From Escherichia coli (GTDB taxonomy: Bacteria; Pseudomonadota; Gammaproteobacteria; Enterobacterales; Enterobacteriaceae): 49,379 bases of DNA. The translations under genes were made by a program, and so were the position numbers. Location: the NCBI RefSeq assembly GCF_003334315.1, contig NZ_QOWR01000034.1. One strand, given 5' to 3'. A model generated the notes under the pieces. That model saw only the letters and a list, made by a program, of their open reading frames with translations, ran no database searches and was not told where the DNA came from. Shown piece by piece: positions 26,476 through 38,390 of the stretch; the stretch's first letter is position 1; each line of letters begins with the position of its first letter.

Positions 26476-27654
26476 TTAACCCTGTACTTTTACCTGTCCG
26501 GCGGCGTGCTTCGCGCGCTCAATGGCGTCAACAACACTCTCAGCGGTCGCCAGCGCAACACCCAGACGACGGCTGCCATCAATTTCCGGCTTACCAAATA
26601 AACGAATCTGCAAATCTGCGCCTACGGCATTCTGCACATTATCAAACGTGACATTCTGACTGGTCAGTTGTGGCAGAATAACGGCAGAAGCTGCAGGACC
26701 ATACTGACGGATCCCGCCAACCGGAAGTCCGAGGAAGGCACGTACATGCAGGGCAAACTCTGAGAGATCTTGAGAAATTAACGTCACCATCCCGGTATCA
26801 TGTGGACGAGGGGAGACCTCACTGAAAATCACCTCATCACCACAGACAAACAGCTCGACACCAAACAGACCATAACCGCCCAGTGCCAGCACCACTTTAC
26901 GGGCAATCTCCTGCGCACGTTCAAGGGCAAGCGGGCTCATTTGCTGTGGTTGCCAGGATTCACGGTAGTCGCCATCTTCCTGGCGATGACCTACCGGTGC
27001 ACAGAAATGGACGCCATCCACCGCGCTGACGGTTAGCAAGGTAATTTCGAAGTCAAACTTAACGACGCCTTCAACAATTACGCGGCCCGCTCCGGCGCGA
27101 CCGCCTTGCTGAGCGTACTTCCATGCCTGAGCAAGTTGCTCTGCAGAACGAATAAACGTCTGCCCCTTGCCGGAAGAGCTCATCACCGGTTTTACAATGC
27201 AGGGATAGCCAATGTCAGCAACCGCCTCGCGGAAAAGGCTTTCGCTATCGGCAAAACGATAAGTGGAAGTGGGCAGCTGCAGCTCTTCTGCCGCCAGGCG
27301 ACGGATACCCTCGCGATTCATCGTTAATTTCGTTGCGCGAGCGCAGGGGACAACATTCAGTCCTTCCTCTTCAAGTTGGATCAGCATATCGGTGGCAATA
27401 GCTTCGATCTCCGGCACGATATAATGTGGTTTTTCCAGTTCAACCACACGGCGTAATGCATCACCATCAAGCATATTAATGATATGGGAGCGATGCGCGA
27501 CATGCATGGCTGGTGCGTCGGCATAGCGATCGACGGCAATCACCTCTACGCCGAGACGCTGACACTCGATTGCCACTTCTTTACCCAGTTCACCGGAGCC
27601 TAATAACATCACGCGAGTTGCTGCCGGACGCAGCGCAGTGCCTAATAACGTCAT
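26476..27654 (-). CDS. purT: Formate-dependent phosphoribosylglycinamide formyltransferase (GAR transformylase 2)
   Basis: 392-aa ATP-grasp protein; PurR operator upstream. Confidence 0.95.
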   Translation of the reverse strand: MTLLGTALRPAATRVMLLGSGELGKEVAIECQRLGVEVIAVDRYADAPAMHVAHRSHIINMLDGDALRRVVELEKPHYIVPEIEAIATDMLIQLEEEGLNVVPCARATKLTMNREGIRRLAAEELQLPTSTYRFADSESLFREAVADIGYPCIVKPVMSSSGKGQTFIRSAEQLAQAWKYAQQGGRAGAGRVIVEGVVKFDFEITLLTVSAVDGVHFCAPVGHRQEDGDYRESWQPQQMSPLALERAQEIARKVVLALGGYGLFGVELFVCGDEVIFSEVSPRPHDTGMVTLISQDLSEFALHVRAFLGLPVGGIRQYGPAASAVILPQLTSQNVTFDNVQNAVGADLQIRLFGKPEIDGSRRLGVALATAESVVDAIERAKHAAGQVKVQG

Positions 27655-27691
27655 AACGAATATCCCCTGATTAATTCCGCGCGCAGTATAA

Positions 27692-27707
27692 ACGAAAACG
27701 TTTGCGC
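27692..27707 (-). promoter_or_regulatory. PurR operator (PUR box) of purT
   Basis: Minus-strand GCGCAAACGTTTTCGT matches the PUR box consensus ACGCAAACGTTTTCNT, 38-53 nt upstream of the purT start. Confidence 0.7.
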
Positions 27708-27750
27708 GTGTCTTTATTGCTGATGTTGATTTCTCAACCGAAAAGAAATA

Positions 27751-27770
27751 TACTGTATAAAATCACAGTT
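27751..27770 (+). promoter_or_regulatory. LexA operator (SOS box) of yebG
   Basis: TACTGTATAAAATCACAGTT fits CTGT-N8-ACAG with the AT-rich centre, 18 nt upstream of the yebG ATG. Confidence 0.8.
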
Positions 27771-27787
27771 ATTATGAGAGGCTGCAA

Positions 27788-28078
27788 ATGGCGGTTGAAG
27801 TTAAATACGTAGTCATTCGTGAGGGCGAAGAGAAAATGTCGTTTACCAGCAAAAAGGAAGCCGATGCTTATGATAAAATGCTTGATACGGCGGATCTGCT
27901 TGACACCTGGCTGACAAATTCTCCAGTGCAAATGGAAGACGAGCAACGTGAAGCCCTTTCGCTATGGCTGGCAGAACAAAAAGATGTGCTGAGCACCATT
28001 CTGAAAACCGGCAAATTACCGTCCCCACAGGTCGTCGGTGCTGAATCCGAAGAGGAAGATGCCTCACACGCGGCCTGA
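27788..28078 (+). CDS. yebG: SOS-inducible protein YebG
   Basis: 96-aa ORF directly downstream of a strong LexA box; acidic C-terminus. Confidence 0.9.
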   Translation: MAVEVKYVVIREGEEKMSFTSKKEADAYDKMLDTADLLDTWLTNSPVQMEDEQREALSLWLAEQKDVLSTILKTGKLPSPQVVGAESEEEDASHAA

Positions 28079-28096
28079 AGCAACTTGCGCTCCTGA

Positions 28097-28501
<405 letters not shown>

Positions 28502-28527
28502 TGGCTTCTGATAATTCGATTGACCGT

Positions 28528-28612
28528 TGGCGGATGCGGCGCGAGTGCCTTGTCCGCCCCAGAACGCACCACAATCGTAGGCCTGAGAAGACGCAACAGC
28601 GTCGCATCGGGC
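28528..28612. repeat. Degenerate REP pair (BIME-like) in the yebF-yebE intergenic region
   Basis: GGCGGATGCGGCGCGAGTGCCTTGTCCGCC and GCCTGAGAAGACGCAACAGCGTCGCATCGGGC are both REP-like palindromes. Confidence 0.6.
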
Positions 28613-28827
28613 AATCAGCATCAAACAATGCCACTCAAAACGACAAACTACTTTCACCTAAAATACCCTTATCACCTGATATACAGTAAATACCTTACCT
28701 GGCGCGAATTTCTTTGAATAACGGCCTACCGCCCCGCTTATTTGCGCATCTTTTGTCTCGATATACATTTTCTGACATCCTCATCCGCTATGCTACAGGC
28801 ACTAAAAATGGTTATTGAGGAGCAAAT

Positions 28828-29487
28828 ATGGCTAACTGGTTAAATCAGCTGCAATCCCTGCTTGGGCAAAGCAGTTCTTCTACCTCCTCGTCTGCGGATC
28901 AGGGATTGGGCAAACTGTTAGTGCCAGGCGCATTAGGCGGACTGGCTGGGCTGCTGGTCGCAAATAAATCAGCACGTAAACTTCTTACGAAATATGGCAC
29001 CAACGCGTTACTGGTTGGCGGCGGAGCGGTAGCGGGTACGGTGCTGTGGAATAAATACAAAGATAAAATTCGCGCGGCGCATCAGGACGAACCGCAGTTT
29101 GGCGCGCAAAGTACGCCGCTGGATGAGCGTACAGAACGTTTGATCCTTGCGCTGGTCTTTGCCGCTAAAAGTGATGGTCATATTGATGCCAAAGAACGTG
29201 CGGCAATCGACCAGCAATTGCGTGAAGCCGGCGTGGAAGAGCAGGGGCGTGTACTCATTGAGCAGGCAATCGAACAACCGCTGGATCCACAACGCCTGGC
29301 TACCGGGGTCCGCAATGAAGAAGAGGCGCTGGAAATCTATTTCCTGAGTTGCGCGGCTATTGATATTGACCATTTTATGGAACGCAGTTACCTGAATGCA
29401 CTGGGTGACGCGCTGAAAATCCCCCAGGATGTTCGTGACGGCATTGAACGCGATCTCGAACAGCAAAAACGCACTTTGGCGGAATAA
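28828..29487 (+). CDS. yebE: Inner-membrane protein YebE (DUF533, TerB-like C-terminal domain)
   Basis: 219-aa ORF with a Ser-rich N-terminus, one hydrophobic segment and a charged C-terminal domain. Confidence 0.85.
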   Translation: MANWLNQLQSLLGQSSSSTSSSADQGLGKLLVPGALGGLAGLLVANKSARKLLTKYGTNALLVGGGAVAGTVLWNKYKDKIRAAHQDEPQFGAQSTPLDERTERLILALVFAAKSDGHIDAKERAAIDQQLREAGVEEQGRVLIEQAIEQPLDPQRLATGVRNEEEALEIYFLSCAAIDIDHFMERSYLNALGDALKIPQDVRDGIERDLEQQKRTLAE

Positions 29488-29668
29488 TTCCGCTCTCTGG
29501 ATAGCCTGAAGTTGACTATTTCGGGCTATCCAGAATCGCACAGCCATTTGAACAGGCTGATTTTCTCTGTCTGCATAACATTCGATATCCGCGCCATTAC
29601 CTGTCATCATCTAAGCAATGACTCCCCTGTTTCGCTTGCATCCCCGGTGAGTTTTGCCACCCTTATAA

Positions 29669-32415
<2,747 letters not shown>

Positions 32416-32438
32416 GGCATGCTCCAGGCCGAAAAAGC

Positions 32439-33095
32439 CTAGCGTAATGGAATGATATCGCCTTGCCAACCCTGTGATGAACGCTGACCGACTAACAATA
32501 ATGAACCATGATCGGCGCGAACGATGAGACGACCATATTCATCCCATAGTGCACTGTTACCACGGGCATTTGCCATCAGCACAGCAATCGAGTACTGATG
32601 TGAAAAAAATTGTAAGCGACGGGCCGACGCCAGCAGGTCGGGTTCTCCCAGACATTGCCCTGTCGTAAACAGTGAACAGGTCGGGTCCATATCCATACCT
32701 TGCGGTTGTTCATCGACCACCGTGATGGTTCTGGAACGACGGCCCAGACATGCACCATGACTCTGATGGTAGATCCCAGGCGTTTTTCGCCACGGTGCGA
32801 ACACCGCAATTCCACGAATAAAGCGATCGTTATATTCAACGGGAAGGCCGGCAATGATGGTCATTCGCCAGGTCGTTGCGGCATAACAAAGCGGGTCTAA
32901 CAGTGAGAGATCGGGTGGGGCAGGAAGGGCACGTCGCGAATAATCACACCCCAGTAAAGAAAGCGATGGAAAAACTAACAGCTGACATTGTTGCCTGGCG
33001 GCGGCCCTCACAAACTCCAGATGATGAGCTACCTGTTCGGTGAGTGAGGTTTTACGAGGCTCATATTGCGCTGCTGCAACTTTCCAGAACGACAT
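32439..33095 (-). CDS. yobB: Carbon-nitrogen hydrolase (nitrilase superfamily) protein YobB, function unknown
   Basis: 218-aa ORF, 23 nt upstream of exoX on the same strand; nitrilase-like LLVFPSLSLLGCDY segment. Confidence 0.8.
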   Translation of the reverse strand: MSFWKVAAAQYEPRKTSLTEQVAHHLEFVRAAARQQCQLLVFPSLSLLGCDYSRRALPAPPDLSLLDPLCYAATTWRMTIIAGLPVEYNDRFIRGIAVFAPWRKTPGIYHQSHGACLGRRSRTITVVDEQPQGMDMDPTCSLFTTGQCLGEPDLLASARRLQFFSHQYSIAVLMANARGNSALWDEYGRLIVRADHGSLLLVGQRSSQGWQGDIIPLR

Positions 33096-33196
33096 AATGA
33101 CTTCCTTTTCAAAATGACTGCAAATTATGGGTGCGGTTTAGAAAATACTCATAATTTAGCAGGCGTTATGTAAGAAAGTGTAACCCTGTATAAGTT

Positions 33197-33427
33197 TTAT
33201 TTAAGTTTGGGCTCGTAAGGTAAACGTGACAGATTGACCGAAGCCAAACGGTGGGCAATAAGCCGCTCGCGAAACCAGCTGCGCAAATGTTCAGGCTGTT
33301 CACGTTCAACCGCTTCAGCGATCACCGGCATATTGTAGCGTTCTTTAAATGCCACCCCGGCCGCCGCCAAATCGACATTCACTTTATCCATTTCTGTTTG
33401 ATCCAGTTTAGCCAGATTCTTCAGCAT
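33197..33427 (-). CDS. holE: DNA polymerase III theta subunit
   Basis: Start trimmed to ATG 33427 ([27 protein letters not shown]...), 76 aa; GGAG-containing SD upstream. Confidence 0.9.
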
Positions 33428-33565
33428 TCTTAATCTCCTCATCATTCGCGGGCAAAAGTTACTAAGAGTGAGCCAGGATGGCAAGCCGGAATTGATGATC
33501 CTCGACTCAGACATTAGACAAGGTTATGCTCTGTAAAAAAGTTATTACAAAAAGGAATAGATAAT

Positions 33566-33940
33566 ATGGCTTCAACTGCACGCTCCCTTCGCTACGCGCT
33601 GGCAATCCTGACCACTTCGTTGGTGACACCTTCCGTCTGGGCACATGCGCATTTAACGCATCAGTATCCTGCGGCAAACGCGCAAGTGACAGCTGCACCG
33701 CAGGCAATCACTTTAAACTTCTCGGAAGGTGTGGAAACAGGATTCAGTGGTGCAAAAATCACGGGGCCAAAAAACGAAAATATTAAAACATTACCGGCGA
33801 AGCGAAATGAGCAGGACCAAAAGCAACTGATTGTTCCACTGGCCGATTCGCTGAAACCCGGAACCTACACCGTTGACTGGCATGTTGTTTCGGTGGACGG
33901 GCATAAAACGAAAGGACACTACACCTTTAGCGTGAAATAA
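33566..33940 (+). CDS. yobA: Periplasmic copper-binding protein, CopC family (YobA)
   Basis: 124 aa; signal peptide ending AWA, with predicted mature N-terminus HAHLTHQYPA, consistent with a CopC Cu(II) site using the N-terminal His. Confidence 0.85.
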   Translation: MASTARSLRYALAILTTSLVTPSVWAHAHLTHQYPAANAQVTAAPQAITLNFSEGVETGFSGAKITGPKNENIKTLPAKRNEQDQKQLIVPLADSLKPGTYTVDWHVVSVDGHKTKGHYTFSVK

Positions 33941-33943
33941 ATC

Positions 33944-34816
33944 ATGCTGGCGTTTACCTGGATCGCGCTGCGATTTATCCATTTCACCTCGCTGATGCTG
34001 GTTTTTGGCTTCGCAATGTACGGTGCCTGGCTGGCCCCCTTAACGATTCGTCGCTTGCTGGCGAAGCGTTTTCTGCGTTTACAACAGCACGCTGCCGTCT
34101 GGAGTTTGATCAGTGCCACTGCAATGCTCGCCGTTCAGGGCGGGTTGATGGGAACGGGATGGACAGATGTATTTTCGCCAAACATTTGGCAGGCTGTTTT
34201 GCAAACGCAGTTTGGTGGCGTCTGGTTATGGCAAATTGTTCTCGCCCTCGTAACGTTGATCGTCGCCCTTATGCAACCGCGGAATATGCCACGTTTGCTG
34301 TTTATGCTCACTACCGCGCAATTTATTCTGCTGGCGGGAGTGGGGCATGCGACGCTGAATGAAGGGGTAACGGCGAAAATCCATCAGACTAATCACGCGA
34401 TTCACCTGATTTGTGCGGCGGCGTGGTTTGGGGGATTACTGCCGGTGCTCTGGTGTATGCAACTCATCAAAGGCCGTTGGCGACACCAGGCTATTCAGGC
34501 GCTGATGCGTTTTTCCTGGTGCGGGCATTTTGCGGTGATCGGCGTACTGGCAAGCGGCGTGCTTAATGCATTGTTGATTACCGGATTTCCCCCCACACTT
34601 ACGACTTACTGGGGCCAACTCTTATTGCTCAAAGCTATCCTGGTGATGATTATGGTGGTCATCGCGCTGGCTAATCGTTATGTTCTTGTACCGCGCATGA
34701 GGCAGGATGAAGATCGTGCGGCACCCTGGTTTGTGTGGATGGCTAAACTCGAATGGGCGATAGGTGCGGTAGTGCTGGTGATCATCAGCCTGCTTGCGAC
34801 TCTCGAACCTTTTTGA
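33944..34816 (+). CDS. yebZ: CopD-family inner-membrane protein (YebZ)
   Basis: 290-aa polytopic membrane protein starting 4 nt after the copC-like stop. Confidence 0.85.
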   Translation: MLAFTWIALRFIHFTSLMLVFGFAMYGAWLAPLTIRRLLAKRFLRLQQHAAVWSLISATAMLAVQGGLMGTGWTDVFSPNIWQAVLQTQFGGVWLWQIVLALVTLIVALMQPRNMPRLLFMLTTAQFILLAGVGHATLNEGVTAKIHQTNHAIHLICAAAWFGGLLPVLWCMQLIKGRWRHQAIQALMRFSWCGHFAVIGVLASGVLNALLITGFPPTLTTYWGQLLLLKAILVMIMVVIALANRYVLVPRMRQDEDRAAPWFVWMAKLEWAIGAVVLVIISLLATLEPF

Positions 34817-34828
34817 TGGATTACGAAA

Positions 34829-35170
34829 ATGATGAAAAAAAGTATTCTGGCGTTTCTGTTACTCACCAGTTCTGCAGCGGCGCTGGCGGCACCGCAGGTG
34901 ATTACCGTCAGCCGTTTTGAAGTGGGTAAAGACAAATGGGCGTTTAATCGCGAAGAGGTGATGCTGACTTGCCGACCGGGTAATGCTTTGTATGTCATCA
35001 ACCCAAGTACCCTCGTGCAGTATCCTTTAAACGATATCGCACAAAAGGAAGTTGCCAGTGGGAAGACTAAAGCCCAACCCATTTCGGTGATTCAGATTGA
35101 TGATCCTAACAATCCCGGCGAAAAAATGAGTCTGGCACCGTTTATAGAACGAGCTGAAAAACTCTGTTAA
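34829..35170 (+). CDS. yebY: DUF2511 periplasmic protein YebY
   Basis: 113-aa ORF with signal peptide, third gene of the yobA-yebZ-yebY unit; terminator follows. Confidence 0.8.
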   Translation: MMKKSILAFLLLTSSAAALAAPQVITVSRFEVGKDKWAFNREEVMLTCRPGNALYVINPSTLVQYPLNDIAQKEVASGKTKAQPISVIQIDDPNNPGEKMSLAPFIERAEKLC

Positions 35171-35198
35171 TTACCTAAAATAGCCTTTTGATTTCCAA

Positions 35199-35241
35199 TA
35201 AAAAAACCGCCTCAGTTCTTTCACCAGAACGGGCGGTTTTT
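35199..35241. terminator. Bidirectional terminator after yebY (and probable RyeA 3' end)
   Basis: AAAAAAACCGCCTCAGTTCT...AGAACGGGCGGTTTTT, a GC stem flanked by A-run and T-run. Confidence 0.75.
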
Positions 35242-35328
35242 AACATTTAAGCTGATGACCACCGCGCTTTTTATTGACCATTTTGCACGCAAACTGGAAA
35301 ACCTGGCGTCGTCATCTATTCTTAAAGG

Positions 35329-35431
35329 GCAAGGCAACTAAGCCTGCATTAATGCCAACTTTTAGCGCACGGCTCTCTCCCAAGAGCCATTTCCCTGGAC
35401 CGAATACAGGAATCGTGTTCGGTCTCTTTTT
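35329..35431 (+). ncRNA. sdsR: Small regulatory RNA SdsR (RyeB), sigma-S dependent
   Basis: Recalled SdsR sequence matches (GCAAGGCAACTAAGCCTGCATTAATGCC...CGGTCTCTTTTT). A sigma-S-type -10 (TCTATTCTT, 35315-35323) sits upstream and a GC stem plus U-run ends at about 35431. Confidence 0.75.
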
Positions 35432-35564
35432 ATCTGTTAAAAGCCAGAAGCATTTCCTTCGCTGACTTTATAGTCAACCATAACACACACTCTACTGTCT
35501 GAGTCCAGCGTTTTTTAACATTCTTGTTAAGATTATGTGATCTTTAGCGCGGAGGAAAATATTG

Positions 35565-36221
35565 ATGAAACAGCCTGCGCCCGTTTATCAGAGAATTGCG
35601 GGTCATCAATGGCGACATATCTGGCTTTCTGGCGATATACACGGTTGTCTTGAGCAGTTGCGCCGCAAATTATGGCATTGTCGTTTTGATCCGTGGCGAG
35701 ATTTACTTATCTCAGTGGGAGACGTTATCGATCGTGGGCCGCAAAGTTTACGTTGTCTGCAGTTACTGGAACAACATTGGGTTCGTGCGGTAAGAGGCAA
35801 TCATGAACAGATGGCGATGGATGCGCTGGCATCCCAGCAGATGTCTTTGTGGTTGATGAATGGCGGCGACTGGTTTATTGCGCTGGCAGATAATCAACAG
35901 AAACAAGCGAAAACGGCGCTGGAAAAATGTCAGCATTTGCCCTTTATTCTTGAAGTACACAGCCGCACCGGCAAACATGTTATTGCTCATGCCGATTATC
36001 CAGATGATGTTTATGAATGGCAAAAGGACGTTGATTTGCATCAGGTCTTGTGGAGCCGCTCACGATTAGGTGAACGCCCAAAAGGGCAGGGAATTACAGG
36101 TGCTGATCATTTCTGGTTTGGTCATACACCGTTGCGACATCGCGTGGATATTGGCAACCTGCATTATATTGATACCGGTGCTGTCTTTGGGGGCGAACTG
36201 ACTCTTGTGCAATTGCAATAA
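35565..36221 (+). CDS. pphA: Serine/threonine protein phosphatase 1 (lambda-phosphatase-like PPP family)
   Basis: 218 aa from the second ATG; PPP motifs GDIHG, GDVIDRG, GNHE. Confidence 0.9.
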   Translation: MKQPAPVYQRIAGHQWRHIWLSGDIHGCLEQLRRKLWHCRFDPWRDLLISVGDVIDRGPQSLRCLQLLEQHWVRAVRGNHEQMAMDALASQQMSLWLMNGGDWFIALADNQQKQAKTALEKCQHLPFILEVHSRTGKHVIAHADYPDDVYEWQKDVDLHQVLWSRSRLGERPKGQGITGADHFWFGHTPLRHRVDIGNLHYIDTGAVFGGELTLVQLQ

Positions 36222-36413
36222 TTAAAAATCACCGTACTCCTGCGCAGGTCGCCAGAAACCATCTATAAAATCCTCAATCGGAAAACAACCGCCCTGGCGG
36301 ATCCGTTGATCGCTCATAGAATGAAGACACTGCTGTTCCGTGTTGTAGACATCCACAACAATATCTTCACAACCGCCATCCAGGTAGCAAACAAAAAGTA
36401 CCAGCGCGAACAT
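36222..36413 (-). CDS. yebW: Small protein YebW (63 aa), unknown function
   Basis: Start trimmed to ATG 36413 (MFALVLFVCYLDGGCEDIVV...); Cys-rich; the track extends it by 28 codons. Confidence 0.65.
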   Translation of the reverse strand: MFALVLFVCYLDGGCEDIVVDVYNTEQQCLHSMSDQRIRQGGCFPIEDFIDGFWRPAQEYGDF

Positions 36414-36517
36414 TTCATCCCCGAAGTGTGGTGCCGTACCGTTAAGTTTAGGAGAGATTTTACAACGGGGGAATAACCAGGACAAATAACCCGCCATGCC
36501 GACGGGTTCTTTTTGGA

Positions 36518-36754
36518 TCAGGCAAGACGCATAATCCAGGCATCAGATTGTTGATCGTAACGGGTACGGTAAAGGATAGAGTGTTCGCCATTTAGCAGGG
36601 CAGGGATACTGGTTTCAGCATCCCAGGCATCCAGTTGCATACATAAATCGGGGTCAGATTTACAAGGAATGGTTAACGTTCGATCACCCGGCGATTCACC
36701 GTGTAATTCGCCGTCGTCGATTTCAAAAGCGCCTATGCGCACACTGGTTTTCAT
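36518..36754 (-). CDS. yebV: Small protein YebV (78 aa), unknown function
   Basis: Start trimmed to ATG 36754 (MKTSVRIGAFEIDD...); lies between rsmF and yebW on the same strand. Confidence 0.7.
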   Translation of the reverse strand: MKTSVRIGAFEIDDGELHGESPGDRTLTIPCKSDPDLCMQLDAWDAETSIPALLNGEHSILYRTRYDQQSDAWIMRLA

Positions 36755-36871
36755 CTTCGTGCTCTCCATTTAGCTGCCGATTGTGGTACGACCAGTCCGA
36801 TCGCACCATTTTTCAGCCTAGTTGAGGCCGCCGAATGTGCCAGTCAAAAAGTGCGCTTTTTTTGTGCGCTG

Positions 36872-38317
36872 TCATGCGTTACTGGTAAAAAGTTTCCCGT
36901 CCCGCACCAGTTCACGCGGGTAGCTGTTTTTCAGTCGCGAACCAATCCGTTTGGCTAAACCAATCGGCTGATGCTGGAAAGTAACCAACACGTCATCCGC
37001 CACTGGCGCGGCTTGCGGGTAAACATCGCGCCCGCGATACCACTCCTCCGCTTCCTGCGGTGTCAGTTCAAAAGCGTTCACATTGTCGGGGGTGGCAAGG
37101 GCAATAACTGCTTCATGCTGCCAGCGATAACCTTTGTTGTGCGTTTCGGCAAGTTTAATCCCCAAGCGAGAAAATCGGACTTTACCGATCAGGGCTTCAA
37201 TGCCCACCGGGAACAACCACAGTTCTTTGTCACGCTGCCAGAGGTGCAGGTTTTCATCCCAGTTTAAGCCAACACCTGCAGCCGCCTGACGAATTTGTCC
37301 AGCTTCGCGATCTTTCACCGGGCTGAACGGAAAATTACCGACTTTGTATTTGGGGGCGGGTAAGGCGGGAATGGCCTGAGTTTTACGCAGACGAGCAACG
37401 AAGAAGCCTTCGCAGTCGTAAATTTGTGGGAAAACATGCAAAAAGCCTTCCTCGGTCAGCGCTTTGTTTGCACCAGGGAAGAGATCGCCAAGTGGTAAAA
37501 ACTCTACTGCGTCAGGGTAAGTCTCTTTCAGCCACAGGCAAACGACTTCGTTTTCTTCCCTGTTTAAGGTACAGGTCGAGTAAACCAGCGTACCACCAGG
37601 ACGTAATGCATGAAAGGCGCTGTCGATAAGCTCCCGTTGGGTAGCTGCGATTTCCTGATTGCTTTCTGGTGACCAGTTTTTTAGCGCATCGGGATCTTTA
37701 CGCACCACGCCTTCGCCGGAGCAGGGAGCGTCCAGCAAAATGGCATCGAACATTTCTGGCACTGCCGCACCAAACACGCGGCCATCAAAATGTGTGAGCG
37801 CAACATTACTGATGCCACAGCGGCTGATATTGGCATGTAACACTTTTACCCGACTGGCGGAAAACTCATTGGCAAGGATTACCCCTTCGTTATTCATCCG
37901 TGCGGCAATTTGCGTCGTTTTGGAGCCTGGCGCAGCAGCGACATCCATCACCCGCTGTGGTGCATTACCGTCAGCAAACAAGGCGGCGACGGGCAACATT
38001 GAACTGGCTTCCTGAATATAAAACAGGCCGCTTAAATGCTCGGCGGTACTACCCAATGGCAATGCATCTTCATTGTCGCGTTCAATCCAGAAACCTTCTT
38101 CACACCACGGAATTGGCGTAAGCGTCCAGCCATAAGGAGCGGTTAATTGCAGGAAATCAGCAACGGAGATTTTCAGCGTATTAACGCGAATGCTGCGGCG
38201 CAACGGGCGCTGACAGGCGGCAAGAAAATCATCAAAAGAGAGCGTCGAAGGCATCGCTTCGCGCATTTGCGTCAGAAAGGCGTCCGGGAAATAAACGGTG
38301 TGTTGGGCCACGAGCAT
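36872..38317 (-). CDS. rsmF: 16S rRNA m5C1407 methyltransferase
   Basis: 481-aa ORF from ATG 38317; NOL1/NOP2/Sun-type SAM MTase motifs ([23 protein letters not shown]). The reference annotation may use the GTG two codons downstream (479 aa). Confidence 0.9.
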   Translation of the reverse strand: MLVAQHTVYFPDAFLTQMREAMPSTLSFDDFLAACQRPLRRSIRVNTLKISVADFLQLTAPYGWTLTPIPWCEEGFWIERDNEDALPLGSTAEHLSGLFYIQEASSMLPVAALFADGNAPQRVMDVAAAPGSKTTQIAARMNNEGVILANEFSASRVKVLHANISRCGISNVALTHFDGRVFGAAVPEMFDAILLDAPCSGEGVVRKDPDALKNWSPESNQEIAATQRELIDSAFHALRPGGTLVYSTCTLNREENEVVCLWLKETYPDAVEFLPLGDLFPGANKALTEEGFLHVFPQIYDCEGFFVARLRKTQAIPALPAPKYKVGNFPFSPVKDREAGQIRQAAAGVGLNWDENLHLWQRDKELWLFPVGIEALIGKVRFSRLGIKLAETHNKGYRWQHEAVIALATPDNVNAFELTPQEAEEWYRGRDVYPQAAPVADDVLVTFQHQPIGLAKRIGSRLKNSYPRELVRDGKLFTSNA

Positions 38318-38390
38318 ATACCACTGGCAAAAAAACAGGCGCGCAGTTTAGCATAAACGCTCCGGCGCAGGCACGCCGGAGCAGTGGGCA

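Larger units (their letters stand above)
35199..35455 (-). ncRNA. ryeA: Antisense sRNA RyeA (SraC) fully overlapping SdsR; ends approximate
   Basis: Known arrangement in E. coli (RyeA encoded opposite SdsR between pphA and yebY). The 3' end is placed at the bidirectional terminator near 35199-35241; the 5' end is a guess. Confidence 0.35.

Noticed and set aside
29008-29610. 200-aa ORF antisense to yebE, and a 227-aa ORF antisense to ptrB (29879-30562)
   Set aside because: Both lie within well-supported genes on the other strand and lack RBS and domain signatures.
35274-35465. 63-aa ORF in the yebY-pphA spacer
   Set aside because: It coincides with the SdsR sRNA and its terminator; an sRNA is the better explanation.
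35565-36221. Lambda-like phosphatase pphA as a sign of a prophage or mobile element
   Set aside because: No integrase, repressor, structural genes or flanking direct repeats are present, and the neighbouring genes are core housekeeping. It is an isolated domesticated gene.
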